Part shown: positions 17,836 through 28,096 of the stretch, piece by piece
Layout: every line of letters starts with the position of its first letter
How positions within the stretch are numbered: position 1 is the first letter of the stretch
DNA from: Nitrospinota bacterium
GTDB taxonomy: Bacteria; UBA8248
Direction of reading: 5' to 3'
Length of the DNA: 35,844 bases
Assembly: GCA_046581755.1 (NCBI GenBank)
Contig: JAYGFR010000050.1
Location: 1 to 35,844 of the forward strand
Notes under the pieces: generated by a model
Databases searched by the model: none
Seen by the model: the letters and a program-made list of their open reading frames with translations, nothing else
What the model was told of the DNA's origin: nothing
Position numbers and translations under genes: made by a program

Positions 17836-18549
17836 ATGGAACAACGGAATCAACTCTATGAAGGCAAGGCCAAAATTCTCTACGAAACCGATGACCCAGG
17901 CCTTCTTATCCAGTATTTCAAGGACGATGCAAGTGCGTTCAACGCCAAGAAGCTGGGTCATATCGAATCGAAAGGAATTTTCAACAACAAGATTTCCACC
18001 CGCCTTTTTCAGGAAGTCGAGGCAAATGGAATTCCGACGCACTTCGTGAAAAATCTTTCCGAGCGCGAGATGCTCGTAAAACGAGTGGATATTATCATGG
18101 TCGAGGTGGTTCTTCGGAACGTCGTCGCAGGAAGTCTGGCAAAGCGAATGGGACTAGAAGAGGGCAAGATACTTTCTCTACCCATCATCGACCTGCACCT
18201 CAAAGACGATGCTCTGGATGACCCCCTTATCAACGAAGACACCGTGATTGCCTTTGATCTAGCCACGCGCGAGGAGTTGTTCCAGATGCGCGAATACACA
18301 TTAAAGATCAATCGAATTTTGATAGAATTTTTTGACTCTCGGAATATCGACCTTATCGATTTCAAACTCGAATTCGGCCGTAGCGCCGCCGATGGCGGGA
18401 AATTGCTCCTCGCCGATGAAATCACTCCCGACGGTTGCCGGCTCTGGGAAAAGGGCACTGGGAGAAAAATGGACAAGGACCGATTCCGCCGCGACCTTGG
18501 GAACATCAAGGCAACCTATGCTGAAGTCGAGCGCTTGGTGACCTCCTGA
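17836..18549 (+). CDS. purC: SAICAR synthetase
   Basis: LYEGKAK, FKDDA.AFN, KG..NN, EVV.RN..AGS, DFKLEFG, LADEI.PD.CRLW, DKDRFR. Start moved to ATG 17836 (GGAG SD). Confidence 0.96.
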   Translation: MEQRNQLYEGKAKILYETDDPGLLIQYFKDDASAFNAKKLGHIESKGIFNNKISTRLFQEVEANGIPTHFVKNLSEREMLVKRVDIIMVEVVLRNVVAGSLAKRMGLEEGKILSLPIIDLHLKDDALDDPLINEDTVIAFDLATREELFQMREYTLKINRILIEFFDSRNIDLIDFKLEFGRSAADGGKLLLADEITPDGCRLWEKGTGRKMDKDRFRRDLGNIKATYAEVERLVTS

Positions 18550-18658
18550 ATACAACCGGAACAAACGGTTGAGGAATTTCTTGAGGAATATCTTAATATT
18601 AACCGCCAGTCTGGCCCCCTGATGCGCGGGCGGCCAGACGAACCATCCGGAGCGAAGG

Positions 18659-18943
18659 GTGGCGAAAGTACTCGTTTATATCACCTATAAGCAAGGCATA
18701 CTCGATCCCCAGGGCTTGTCTGTAAAAGGGGCACTGTCTTCTCTCGGTTTTAGGGGCGTGAGAGACGTTCGTGTCGGAAAATATATTGAGGTTGAACTCG
18801 ATGAATCCTCGCCCGAGGAGTTAAAGGCCCGGGTGGAAGAGATGTGCCGGGAACTCCTGGCCAATCCGGTAATCGAGGACTACCGAGTGGAGCTTCCTGG
18901 AAACAACACCCACCCAACTCCGCCCGCATCGGACGCGCAATGA
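18659..18943 (+). CDS. purS: FGAM synthase subunit PurS
   Basis: ILDPQG..V..AL..LGF, VRVGK.IE, MC..LLANPVIEDY. Confidence 0.95.
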   Translation: MAKVLVYITYKQGILDPQGLSVKGALSSLGFRGVRDVRVGKYIEVELDESSPEELKARVEEMCRELLANPVIEDYRVELPGNNTHPTPPASDAQ

Positions 18944-19632
18944 ATTTTGCGGTAATCGTTTTCCCTGGGTCGAACTGCGATCACGACTGTCATCATGCGG
19001 TAACTACCGTCCTCGGCCAGACCACCACGTTCGTCTGGCACAAGGAAAAAGATCTTGGGGGAGCGGAGGCCGTGATCATCCCCGGAGGATTCAGCTATGG
19101 GGACTATCTTCGCGCTGGCGCCATTTCTCGATTTTCCCCTATTATGAAAGCAGTCGCCAGCCAAGCGGCGGCGGGGCGGCCCGTCATCGGGATATGCAAC
19201 GGTTTTCAAATCCTGACAGAATCGGGCCTGCTCCCCGGTGCCCTACGCCGGAACGCACGCCTCCACTTCATCTGCGATGACGTTTATGTACGCTGCGAGA
19301 CAGCGCGAACCCCCTTTTCAAAGGATATTGCCCTCGGAGAAACGCTCCGAATGCCGATTGCCCATGGAGAGGGAAATTACTACTGCGATCAGGACACCCT
19401 TTCCCGGCTCGAAGACAATGACCAGATCGTTTTCAAATACTGCACCGCAGATGGCGAACTTTCTTCTCGGACCAATCTTAACGGCTCGCTGGAGCACATC
19501 GCCGGTGTGTGCAACTTGGAGGGCAACGTGGTCGGCATCATGCCCCATCCCGAGCGATCCTGCGAGATGGACATGGGAAGTGAAGATGGCCTCAAATTGT
19601 TCACCTCCGCCCTCACTGCGGCAACATCATGA
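18940..19632 (+). CDS. purQ: FGAM synthase glutaminase subunit PurQ
   Basis: [40 protein letters not shown]. Start moved to ATG 18940 (ATGA overlap). Confidence 0.96.
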   Translation: MNFAVIVFPGSNCDHDCHHAVTTVLGQTTTFVWHKEKDLGGAEAVIIPGGFSYGDYLRAGAISRFSPIMKAVASQAAAGRPVIGICNGFQILTESGLLPGALRRNARLHFICDDVYVRCETARTPFSKDIALGETLRMPIAHGEGNYYCDQDTLSRLEDNDQIVFKYCTADGELSSRTNLNGSLEHIAGVCNLEGNVVGIMPHPERSCEMDMGSEDGLKLFTSALTAATS

Positions 19633-21872
19633 ACCCGGCCACCTTGGAAACCACTGCCAATCTCGCAATGGCCCTCGAACATGGCCTCACAGCAGAGGAA
19701 TGGAAGCGCATTCTCAAATCCCTATGCCGGGAACCCACCATGACCGAACTCGGAATTTTTTCGGCCATGTGGAATGAGCACTGCTCCTATAAGAGCAGCC
19801 GTGTTCACCTGAAGAAATTTCCCACCGAGGGCCGGGGCGTTCTCCAGGGTCCCGGCGAAAACGCTGGAGTGGTGGAAATCGGCGAAGGAGTGGCCGTGGC
19901 CTTCAAAATGGAAAGTCACAACCACCCCTCCTACATCGAGCCCTACCAAGGCGCCGCAACAGGTGTCGGGGGGATTCTTCGCGACATTTTTACGATGGGC
20001 GCTAGGCCAATCGCCCTTCTCGACAGCCTCCGATTCGGGGCTCCGAGCCATGATCGCACACCGTATTTCGTAAACGGTGTCGTCTCTGGAATCTCCGGGT
20101 ACGGGAACTGCATCGGCGTTCCGACCGTGGGAGGCGAGACCTATTTTCACCCCTGCTACAACGGGAATATCCTCGTCAATGTCATGTGCGCTGGAATCAT
20201 GATGGCGGACAAGATTTTCCTCGGGAGCGCCGCCGGAATTGGGAATTCGGTTATTTATGTGGGAGCCAAAACAGGACGGGACGGCATCCATGGCGCATCC
20301 ATGGCATCCGCTGGCTTCGATGAGAACGCCTCCGAGAAACGGCCAACAGTCCAAGTGGGCGATCCGTTCCGCGAAAAACTTCTCCTTGAGGCATGTCTTG
20401 AACTCATGGAACGGGGCGCCCTGGTGGGAATTCAGGACATGGGCGCGGCGGGCCTGACCAGCTCCTCGGTCGAGATGGCCGGACGAGCCGGAACGGGCCT
20501 CATCCTTAGACTGGATGATGTTCCCGCCCGCGAGGAAGGCATGACGCCTTACGAATTCATGCTTTCGGAGAGCCAGGAGAGGATGCTTCTCGTCGCAGAG
20601 AGCGGACACGAAGCCGAGGTGCGCGAGATATTCGAACGCTGGGATCTGCCGATAGCAGTCGTGGGAGAAGTCACCGGCGACGGGCGTATTCGCGTCGAGG
20701 CCGAAGGCCGATCATTCGCCGATCTCCCAGTAGATCTTTTGACGGACCAAGCCCCGCTCTATGACCGTCCGATGATTTCCAAGCGGGAGCTTCCGGTCAC
20801 TGATCCGCTCGAGACCATTGACCCGAAAAGCGATCTGGGCCCTTCCCTCTTGGCCCTCCTAGCGCATCCGAACCAGGGCCAAAAAATGCCGATTTGGCGC
20901 CGCTACGACTACATGGTCCGCACCAACACGCTGGGTCCGCCGGGCGGGGATGCAGCGCTGCTTCGAATCAAGGGAACGAAGAAAGCCTTGGCCATGACGA
21001 CGGACGGCAACGCGCGCTATTGCATGCTAGACCCCTTCGCGGGCGGGATGCTCTCTGTCGCCGAGGCTGCGCGGAACCTCAGCTGCACCGGCGCCACTCC
21101 ATTGGCCATGACGAATTGCCTCAATTTCGGCAATCCTGAGCGACCCGCCGTTATGGCCCAATTCGCATCTGTCGTCGAGGGAATGGCTCTGGCCTGCCAG
21201 GAACTGAGCATTCCGGTCGTCAGCGGAAATGTCAGTTTCTACAACGAAACGAATGGGGTGGATATTTACCCAACACCGGTTGTCGGTATGGTTGGCCTTC
21301 TGGAGAACGCCGCTAGCCGGATCGGAATGGGATTTTCCCGAGAAGGAGATGTCGTCGCCCTAATCTACCCTACCGGCGAGATGCCTTTGCCCGAATCCGG
21401 GGCCCACGAATATGTCTGGGTGATGTCAGGGCGAGAGGGCGGGAAGCCACCCCGGATTTCAATCGAATCCGAGGTGGCCGTCCAAGGACTTTGCCGCGAA
21501 GCGATCGCCGCCGGCCTCCTGGCTTCAGCACATGACCTCTCAGACGGAGGACTGGGAACCGCACTTGCCGAATCCGCACTGGCCTCTCCCCAATCAGGCT
21601 TCGGCGCCGAGGTCCGAATACCCCAGGGCGAGGGTCGGCTCGACGGTCTTTTCTTTGGCGAGGCCGCGTCCAGAATTCTCATTTCAGCCTCTCCCGAATC
21701 GTTTGTAAAATTCAGGGAAATGACGGAACCTCGGGAGGTTAGCTGCCTTCAGATCGGACGGACGGCACATGGTGTTCTCCGTGTTGAAGCGCCCGACGGT
21801 CAACTTGCAATGGAATTGGAAATGAATGACTTAATTGCCGCATGGAGCGGCGCGCTGGGAGATATCCTCTGA
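19629..21872 (+). CDS. purL: FGAM synthase subunit PurL (small type)
   Basis: [70 protein letters not shown]. Confidence 0.97.
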   Translation: MNPATLETTANLAMALEHGLTAEEWKRILKSLCREPTMTELGIFSAMWNEHCSYKSSRVHLKKFPTEGRGVLQGPGENAGVVEIGEGVAVAFKMESHNHPSYIEPYQGAATGVGGILRDIFTMGARPIALLDSLRFGAPSHDRTPYFVNGVVSGISGYGNCIGVPTVGGETYFHPCYNGNILVNVMCAGIMMADKIFLGSAAGIGNSVIYVGAKTGRDGIHGASMASAGFDENASEKRPTVQVGDPFREKLLLEACLELMERGALVGIQDMGAAGLTSSSVEMAGRAGTGLILRLDDVPAREEGMTPYEFMLSESQERMLLVAESGHEAEVREIFERWDLPIAVVGEVTGDGRIRVEAEGRSFADLPVDLLTDQAPLYDRPMISKRELPVTDPLETIDPKSDLGPSLLALLAHPNQGQKMPIWRRYDYMVRTNTLGPPGGDAALLRIKGTKKALAMTTDGNARYCMLDPFAGGMLSVAEAARNLSCTGATPLAMTNCLNFGNPERPAVMAQFASVVEGMALACQELSIPVVSGNVSFYNETNGVDIYPTPVVGMVGLLENAASRIGMGFSREGDVVALIYPTGEMPLPESGAHEYVWVMSGREGGKPPRISIESEVAVQGLCREAIAAGLLASAHDLSDGGLGTALAESALASPQSGFGAEVRIPQGEGRLDGLFFGEAASRILISASPESFVKFREMTEPREVSCLQIGRTAHGVLRVEAPDGQLAMELEMNDLIAAWSGALGDIL

Positions 21873-23314
21873 TGCCCATGGCCGATGAATGTGTCCATGA
21901 ATCATGCGCCGTATTCGGTATCTACGGTCATTCCGAGGCGGCCAACCTCACCTATCTGGGACTGTACGCTCTCCAACACAGGGGCCAGGAGAGCGCGGGC
22001 ATCGTAGCCTCTGATGGCGAGAGGGTGCACAGCGAAATCGGAATGGGCCGCGTTGCAGAAATTTTCGACGAGGATCGCCTTTCCAGGTTAAGCGGACATA
22101 TTGCCATTGGCCATAATCGATACTCCACAGCTGGCCAGTCTCAAATTTCCAACGCACAACCCTTTCTCGTCGATCACTCGCGCGGAATTATCGCCCTCGG
22201 CCACAACGGCAATCTCACGAATGCCGCCCGCCTTCAAAAAGAACTTGAAGATGCGGGATCCATTTTCAGGAGCACGACTGACAGCGAAGTGATCCTCCAC
22301 CTGATCGCCCGCTCCAGCGAGGAGGACGCCGAACTTGCCATCGCGGATGCGCTCACCCGGCTCGAAGGAGCGTTTACCCTCACTATGATGACACGCGATC
22401 TCCTCATCGGCGTCCGTGATGCGCATGGATTTCGTCCCCTGGTTTTAGGAAAGATGAACCACACCAAGGGAAAGCCCACCTGGATTCTAGCGAGTGAAAC
22501 CTGTGCCCTGGATCTCATCGAAGCCGATTTCGAGCGGGAAATTCTTCCGGGCGAGATGATCGTTATCGACGCCCAAGGCCCCCGGAGCATTTTCCCATTC
22601 CCAGCGACCCAACCCAGGCAGTGCATTTTCGAGTTCATCTATTTCGCCAGGCCTGACAGCCATATATTCGGCGACGATGTTTATTCCGTCCGGAGAGAAC
22701 TCGGAGTCCAATTGGCCAGGGAAAATCCGGTCGAAGCCGATATGGTGATTCCCGTCCCCGACTCGGGGCTCGCCGCTGCCACCGGATATGCCGCGGAATC
22801 GGGCCTGCCCATGGAGATTGGGCTGGTCCGGAACCATTACGTCGATCGCACATTTATCGAACCGCAAAACGCCATCCGCCACTTTGGCGTCAAGGTAAAG
22901 CTCAATCCGTTGCCCTCATTTCTCGATGGCAAGCGTATCGTGGTGGTAGATGATTCCATCGTTCGAGGAACAACCAGCCGAAAAATTGTGGAAATGATCC
23001 GGCACGCGGGAGCTAAAGAGGTGCACATGAGAATCAGTTCCCCTCCGATTACGAACCCGTGCTACTTCGGAATCGACATGCCCACCCATGAAGAGCTGAT
23101 TGCCTCATCGCAATCCGTTGAGGAGATACGCGCCCACATGCTTGCCGATTCCCTTGCCTATTTGAGCCTAGATGGTCTCTTCAAATGTGTTGCTCCCCGC
23201 AAAGATGAGTTTTGTTCTTCGTGCTTTACCGGTGAATATCCCATACCGGTCGAATTTGAGGACGCTCAGCTCCTCCTTTTTCGTGAATCCAGGACAACCG
23301 AGCACAGGGGCTAA
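21872..23314 (+). CDS. purF: Amidophosphoribosyltransferase (propeptide, Fe-S type)
   Basis: Propeptide then CAVFG, LQHRGQE, GH.RYST, HNGN, VPDSG, VDDSIVRGTT. Four Cys ligands (CIFE, PCYFG, CSSCF). TGATG overlap with purL. Confidence 0.96.
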   Translation: MPMADECVHESCAVFGIYGHSEAANLTYLGLYALQHRGQESAGIVASDGERVHSEIGMGRVAEIFDEDRLSRLSGHIAIGHNRYSTAGQSQISNAQPFLVDHSRGIIALGHNGNLTNAARLQKELEDAGSIFRSTTDSEVILHLIARSSEEDAELAIADALTRLEGAFTLTMMTRDLLIGVRDAHGFRPLVLGKMNHTKGKPTWILASETCALDLIEADFEREILPGEMIVIDAQGPRSIFPFPATQPRQCIFEFIYFARPDSHIFGDDVYSVRRELGVQLARENPVEADMVIPVPDSGLAAATGYAAESGLPMEIGLVRNHYVDRTFIEPQNAIRHFGVKVKLNPLPSFLDGKRIVVVDDSIVRGTTSRKIVEMIRHAGAKEVHMRISSPPITNPCYFGIDMPTHEELIASSQSVEEIRAHMLADSLAYLSLDGLFKCVAPRKDEFCSSCFTGEYPIPVEFEDAQLLLFRESRTTEHRG

Positions 23315-23378
23315 TTAAATCGAATAGCCGATACGCCCAATCAGACCAATATTCCGCCAACCCACTTTCACTTCTGAA

Positions 23379-23407
23379 TTGACCTCCGAAATGCCAACGG
23401 GTATTAT
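23379..23407 (+). promoter_or_regulatory. Putative sigma-70 promoter for the lytic transglycosylase
   Basis: TTGACC (23379-23384), 17-nt spacer, TATTAT (23402-23407). A second perfect TATAAT lies at 23438-23443. Confidence 0.6.
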
Positions 23408-23468
23408 TCAAATAGAACTCCTCCCAAGATATCGCCCTATAATAGAATTTAGAATCGAGTGATTTTTT

Positions 23469-25079
23469 ATGTCCAAATATTCCTGGCAGGGTAACCTTGT
23501 GTGGCCCCTGTTATTGTCTGTGGGATGTACAGCGGGGGGGGCTGTGGTCTCGAAAGGACCCCCCAACACTCGGCCATCTCCCACAATTCAAACCAAAAAA
23601 GGACCGACACAGAGTCCCCGGGCCCGCATTCCCGCTTCCCCCATCCCGAGTCGGGCAATGACATCTCCCACCCAATCGCCAGCTACCCTCGGACCATCGT
23701 CCCGGCCGGAGGTCAATCAGAAAAACCCCGGCCCGGCCATTTCCAGAACTCCCATCTCGCCCCACGATCTCGTGCTCGATTTGCCCGATTCAGCCGAAGA
23801 GGAAGAGCGAATTGCGCCCAAAAGGGAAGGCCGCGGCCTCTCCGCGGGACGTCCGCCCACGCCATTTACCTATGATATCCCTCTCGTCCGAAATGCCGCC
23901 GTCGATAAGTGGATTGATTATTTTACCGGTCCGGGACGTTCGAATTTCACCATATGGCTCCAACGTGGCGGTCGGTACATCGAAAGGTTCCGTGATATCT
24001 TCAGAGCCAAGCAGATTCCCGAGGATCTCGTTTACTTATCCCTTATCGAAAGCGGATTCAGCCTTCGGGCCCGCTCGCGGGCGGGAGCGGTCGGGCCTTG
24101 GCAGTTTATGCGTGCTACCGCACGGAACAGCGGCCTCAAGGTGGGCCGCTACCTTGATGAACGCCGGGACCCGATTAAGGCCACCAATGCGGCCGCCTCA
24201 TACCTCTCCCGGCTCTATACCGAATTCGGCGACTGGTACCTCGCACTCGCCGCCTACAACAGCGGAGAAAACCGAATTCGCCGGGCCCTTCGGAGGACCG
24301 GCAGGAAATCCTACTGGGCCCTGGCCCATACGCGCCATATCCCGAACGAAACGAAGAACTATGTCCCCAAATTTCTGGCGGGATTGATCATCGCCAAAAA
24401 TCCCGAGGTATTCGGTTTCTCGGGAATCGAATATGCCAAGCCCCTCCGATACGATACGGTTTCTCTCCCCAGAGGGATGAGTCTCAAGAGCATCGCCCGG
24501 ATGGCGGGCGTTCCCCTAAAGCAGATCATAGACCTCAATACCGAACTTCGGTGGCGAATTACGCCCCCGCTCAAGGGACACTTACTCCATCTGCCGACCG
24601 GAACAGCGGAACGGTTTTTGGAAATTCTCGCCAAATCGCCCACAGAGTACCTTCCGGACTCGGGCCGCTACCGAATTCTTCCCGGCGACACATTCGGGGG
24701 GCTCGCGCGCCGGTATGGCGTTCCGCTCAAAATACTCCTGGAACTCAATGCCCACCTGGATCCCAGACGACTCCGGGTCGGCATGCGAATCCTGCTCCCC
24801 AAACCCAAGAAAACACTCAGAGTATCCCTCCACCGCATCAAGGGAATTTCCGAAGGTGGGGTGGGGAGAACCTCTCGAAACGGCTCTCGGAGCCACGACG
24901 GAAATTCAAGAAACGGCGCCGGGAAACATCCCATATCCCACCACATCGTGGGACCGGGGGAAAATGTCTGGATTATCGCCCGGCGCTACGGGGTATCCAC
25001 GAATCAAATCCTCCGCTTGAACGGTCTTAAGATGCCGGCAAAAATCTTTCCCGGCAACCGGCTTCGTATTTCCCAGTAG
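23469..25079 (+). CDS. mltD: MltD-like membrane-bound lytic transglycosylase with LysM domains (lipoprotein)
   Basis: Lipobox LSVGC, Pro/Ser/Thr-rich linker, SLT motifs IESG, A.G.WQFM, DERRDP, AAYNSG, ET.NYV. LysM repeats (Y.I.PGDT...LARRYGV; H.V.PGE..W.IARRYGV). Confidence 0.88.
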   Translation: MSKYSWQGNLVWPLLLSVGCTAGGAVVSKGPPNTRPSPTIQTKKGPTQSPRARIPASPIPSRAMTSPTQSPATLGPSSRPEVNQKNPGPAISRTPISPHDLVLDLPDSAEEEERIAPKREGRGLSAGRPPTPFTYDIPLVRNAAVDKWIDYFTGPGRSNFTIWLQRGGRYIERFRDIFRAKQIPEDLVYLSLIESGFSLRARSRAGAVGPWQFMRATARNSGLKVGRYLDERRDPIKATNAAASYLSRLYTEFGDWYLALAAYNSGENRIRRALRRTGRKSYWALAHTRHIPNETKNYVPKFLAGLIIAKNPEVFGFSGIEYAKPLRYDTVSLPRGMSLKSIARMAGVPLKQIIDLNTELRWRITPPLKGHLLHLPTGTAERFLEILAKSPTEYLPDSGRYRILPGDTFGGLARRYGVPLKILLELNAHLDPRRLRVGMRILLPKPKKTLRVSLHRIKGISEGGVGRTSRNGSRSHDGNSRNGAGKHPISHHIVGPGENVWIIARRYGVSTNQILRLNGLKMPAKIFPGNRLRISQ

Positions 25080-25508
25080 CGCGTCAATCGACCCGGCCGG
25101 TGGCAAAGCCGGTTTCGGCCCCCCCTCTCCGTCGTCCCTGTGACCTCTCAAATCCGGAACCATCAATTCCCAGCAAACTCCCTCAAACTTTCGAAACCGA
25201 CTTCTCCAAATACAACTTTCCCCTGGCCACCGGGAGTTCCTCCCACCAGCGCCTGAAACATACCGCCTTTTGATGAAACTCGTGCTACAGGAAATGCGCG
25301 CTGGTTTCGGATCGCGGTCCTAAAATTACCCCATTCCCGCTACCGCTGGTTGGCTGGAGATTTCCCCGAGATGTCCAGGCTCTCCCCACCGAAAAATCGC
25401 TTGAACATCGCCAAACGGCTCTGATAGCGCTTGTCACCCGGCAACCATGGGATATCAGATTCTTTTTCCTTCAGCGGTATACCTATGGCCTTCCAAAATC
25501 GCCAATCC

Positions 25509-25538
25509 TTGACACCAATCCGGAGACTCCCCTAAGAT
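25509..25538 (+). promoter_or_regulatory. Putative sigma-70 promoter for bamD-sigma-pgsA-plsY
   Basis: TTGACA (25509-25514), 18-nt spacer, TAAGAT (25533-25538). Confidence 0.55.
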
Positions 25539-25635
25539 TTGATCGGGTAATGGGGGGAAAGATGGCCGCCCGGAAACCTTCTTTTCCCTATTGCTCAATT
25601 TGATCCCATTCACCCCGGAGCCCCCTCACGACATT

Positions 25636-26406
25636 ATGATGCGATTTCCCTTTAGCCGAACCCATGTCATAGCTCTCCTGCTCCTGACGGCGTTTTTCGC
25701 CGCCGGATGCACTTCCCGCCCGACAGAAAATGCCTCCCCGGGCGAACTGTTTATTCTGGGGCAACAGGATCTGCGCTCAGAGCGCTTCGAGGCTGCGAGA
25801 GAGGCATTCAAACGGCTCCTTCGCGAATACCCGGGCAGCAAACACCGCCGCGAAGCTCTCCTGAACCTCGCCGATTCATACTTCAAAGAGGAGCAATATA
25901 TCGAAGCGAAGGAACAATATCATGAATATGTGAAGCGCTACCGTTTTAGCCCGCATACATCCAGAGCGTACTACCACCTCGGAATGTCGGATTACAATCA
26001 AATATTCTCATTCGACCGGGATCAATCACTTGCCCAGGCAGCGCTGAAAAGTTTCAAGGAACTCGTCAAGCATTCGCCCAAGTCGAAATTTGCGGGCCAG
26101 GCAAAGGAGAAAATCCGAGAAATCCGAGAAATCCTCGGAAAAAGCAGCTTGTTCATCGCCAGGTTTTATTTGAGGCGTGGCCAGCGGGTTTCGGCCATTC
26201 CCAGGTTCCGAGAAATCATTAAAGAGTACCGCGATCTGCCAAAGATCCGGGCCGAGGCCATCTTTTATCTCGGAGAAAGTTTCCGGCTCGAGGAAAGTTA
26301 CCAAAGGGCGGGCAAGACGTACCGGAGACTCATCATAGAGCATCCGAGGAGCCCATTTTCACAGGAAGCATATGACCGGCTCCTGGAATTGACGAAAAAC
26401 AATTGA
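25636..26406 (+). CDS. bamD: Outer membrane protein assembly factor BamD (TPR lipoprotein)
   Basis: Lipobox AAGC, TPR helices, YP.S, DRDQ motif, IARFY..R...SA..RF. Start moved to ATG 25636/25639. Confidence 0.88.
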   Translation: MMRFPFSRTHVIALLLLTAFFAAGCTSRPTENASPGELFILGQQDLRSERFEAAREAFKRLLREYPGSKHRREALLNLADSYFKEEQYIEAKEQYHEYVKRYRFSPHTSRAYYHLGMSDYNQIFSFDRDQSLAQAALKSFKELVKHSPKSKFAGQAKEKIREIREILGKSSLFIARFYLRRGQRVSAIPRFREIIKEYRDLPKIRAEAIFYLGESFRLEESYQRAGKTYRRLIIEHPRSPFSQEAYDRLLELTKNN

Positions 26407-26467
26407 CATTTTCCCAGGCGCCACTGCTGGGTTCTGAAGCGTATCGAGTCAGCGGCGGGATAAAAGG

Positions 26468-27463
26468 ATGCCCAAAAAAGGCTCTTCAACCAGCAAGGCC
26501 AAACACCCAAAATCGGCCAAGAGGAACCGTTCCAAATCCTCCCCCCCAAAGGGCCGGGCCCGCCGGGTCTCAGGGTCCACCGCATCCGGTAAAAAAGCGT
26601 CTTCCAGTACTGAATTTTCAAATACCCAGGATCTCGGAGCCGATAGAGACCCTCTTTCGCTCTACCTTCAGGAACTCGGGAAATATAACGTTTTGACTCG
26701 AGAGGAAGAAATCGTTTTGGCCATCAAGGTGAAAAACGGGGATGAAGAGGCATTCAACCAACTCGTCCGCTCAAACCTGCGCTTTGTCGTTAGTGTGGCT
26801 AATCGCTATAAGGGCTTCGGACTTTCTCTGGAGGATTTAATCAATGAGGGAAATATCGGCCTGATTCACGCCATCCGGCGCTTTGACCCTGAGCGCGGCT
26901 TCAAACTCATCACCTACGCCGTATGGTGGATTCGGCAGAGCATCATGCACGCAATCGCCGATCACACGGGGACGGTGCGGCTCCCCATCAAGCAGGCCGG
27001 CCTGATGCCTAAGATCGCAGCCACTCGCAGAGCCATGCGCCAGGAATTCGGCCGGGAAGCATCCACCGAGGAACTGGCCGAAAGCCTTAAGTTAAAAGTG
27101 TCTAACATCGAAAACGTCCTGCGGGCGAACCGAACTTATCTCTCGCTGGACGCGCCCATCTCGGAGGCCGACGATACGAGCTATCTCGATATGCTCGAAG
27201 AAAAAAATTCTATCTCCGCAGAGGAAAACCTTTTTCAACACTCGCTCCACGATGAAATCGACAACCTCCTCCGGGATTTGGAGCCCCGTGAGCAGGAAAT
27301 TATCCGAATGCGATTTGGATTCGATGCCGACCCCATGACGCTTGAGGAAATCGGACAGAAAATCGGCCTCTCCCGGGAGCGGATCCGGCAAATAGAGAAA
27401 AAGGTGATTCGGCGATTTCGGGCGCGCGCGAAAAACAAAACCCTCCTGGACTTCCTGAGATAA
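26468..27463 (+). CDS. RNA polymerase sigma-70 factor, RpoD/RpoS-like, lacking region 1.1
   Basis: Region 1.2 D.L.LYL.E, NLRFVVSVA, DLI.EGNIGL, FDPERGFK..TYAVWWIRQ, SLD.P, region 4.2 TLEEIG...LSRERIRQIE. Confidence 0.92.
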   Translation: MPKKGSSTSKAKHPKSAKRNRSKSSPPKGRARRVSGSTASGKKASSSTEFSNTQDLGADRDPLSLYLQELGKYNVLTREEEIVLAIKVKNGDEEAFNQLVRSNLRFVVSVANRYKGFGLSLEDLINEGNIGLIHAIRRFDPERGFKLITYAVWWIRQSIMHAIADHTGTVRLPIKQAGLMPKIAATRRAMRQEFGREASTEELAESLKLKVSNIENVLRANRTYLSLDAPISEADDTSYLDMLEEKNSISAEENLFQHSLHDEIDNLLRDLEPREQEIIRMRFGFDADPMTLEEIGQKIGLSRERIRQIEKKVIRRFRARAKNKTLLDFLR

Positions 27464-27466
27464 GAC

Positions 27467-28096
27467 ATGACGCAAACAAGGCCGGCGGATGCCGGACATC
27501 CGGATAAACGGGAGCGGAAGCGGGAAAACAGCTGGATCAAATCAGCCATCCTGATTCTCACAAGCGGCGGAGATGGCAGCCTAACCCTCCCCAATTGGTT
27601 GACCTTGACGCGAATCCTCATTCTGCCCCTGTTGGTATTGTTCCTGCTCCAAGGCTCTCCGGCTTCACGCACCATCGCAGCCACCATTTTTATTACCGCC
27701 GCACTGACCGATTGGCTGGATGGCTATCTGGCCAGAAAACACGGGCAGATCACCCCGCTGGGTGAATTGCTCGACCCCGTCGCCGACAAACTTCTTATCA
27801 TGGCGGCACTCTTGCCTCTCGTGGCATTGGGAAAAGTGGACGCCTGGGTCGTCGGAATCCTTCTCGGAAGAGAGTTCCTGGTAACGGCCATGCGCGCCGT
27901 TGCCCTTCATCACGGCCTGGTTGTGGCTGCGAGCCCGATCGGCAAGGCCAAAATGGGGCTGGAGGTCGCTGCTATTATATTATTGATAATCGAACTCTTC
28001 CCTCCCGTTGGAACGATTCTCATTTGGGGGGCGATGATTGTGTCGCTTGTTTCCGCCATTGATTATTTCCGCAAAATCGCACGAGAATTGACTTGA
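27467..28096 (+). CDS. pgsA: CDP-diacylglycerol--glycerol-3-phosphate 3-phosphatidyltransferase
   Basis: LPN.LT..RI, TDWLDGYLAR...T.LG.LLDPVADKLL, REFLV..R, GK.K, S..DYF. Confidence 0.93.
   Translation: MTQTRPADAGHPDKRERKRENSWIKSAILILTSGGDGSLTLPNWLTLTRILILPLLVLFLLQGSPASRTIAATIFITAALTDWLDGYLARKHGQITPLGELLDPVADKLLIMAALLPLVALGKVDAWVVGILLGREFLVTAMRAVALHHGLVVAASPIGKAKMGLEVAAIILLIIELFPPVGTILIWGAMIVSLVSAIDYFRKIARELT

Noticed and set aside
18600..18640. GACTGGCGG and GCCGCCCGC on the - strand, resembling a ZMP/ZTP riboswitch near pur genes
   Set aside because: Wrong strand relative to purS, and the two elements are in the reverse order of the pfl motif.
19722..20609. 295-aa - strand ORF
   Set aside because: Lies entirely antisense within the well-conserved purL.
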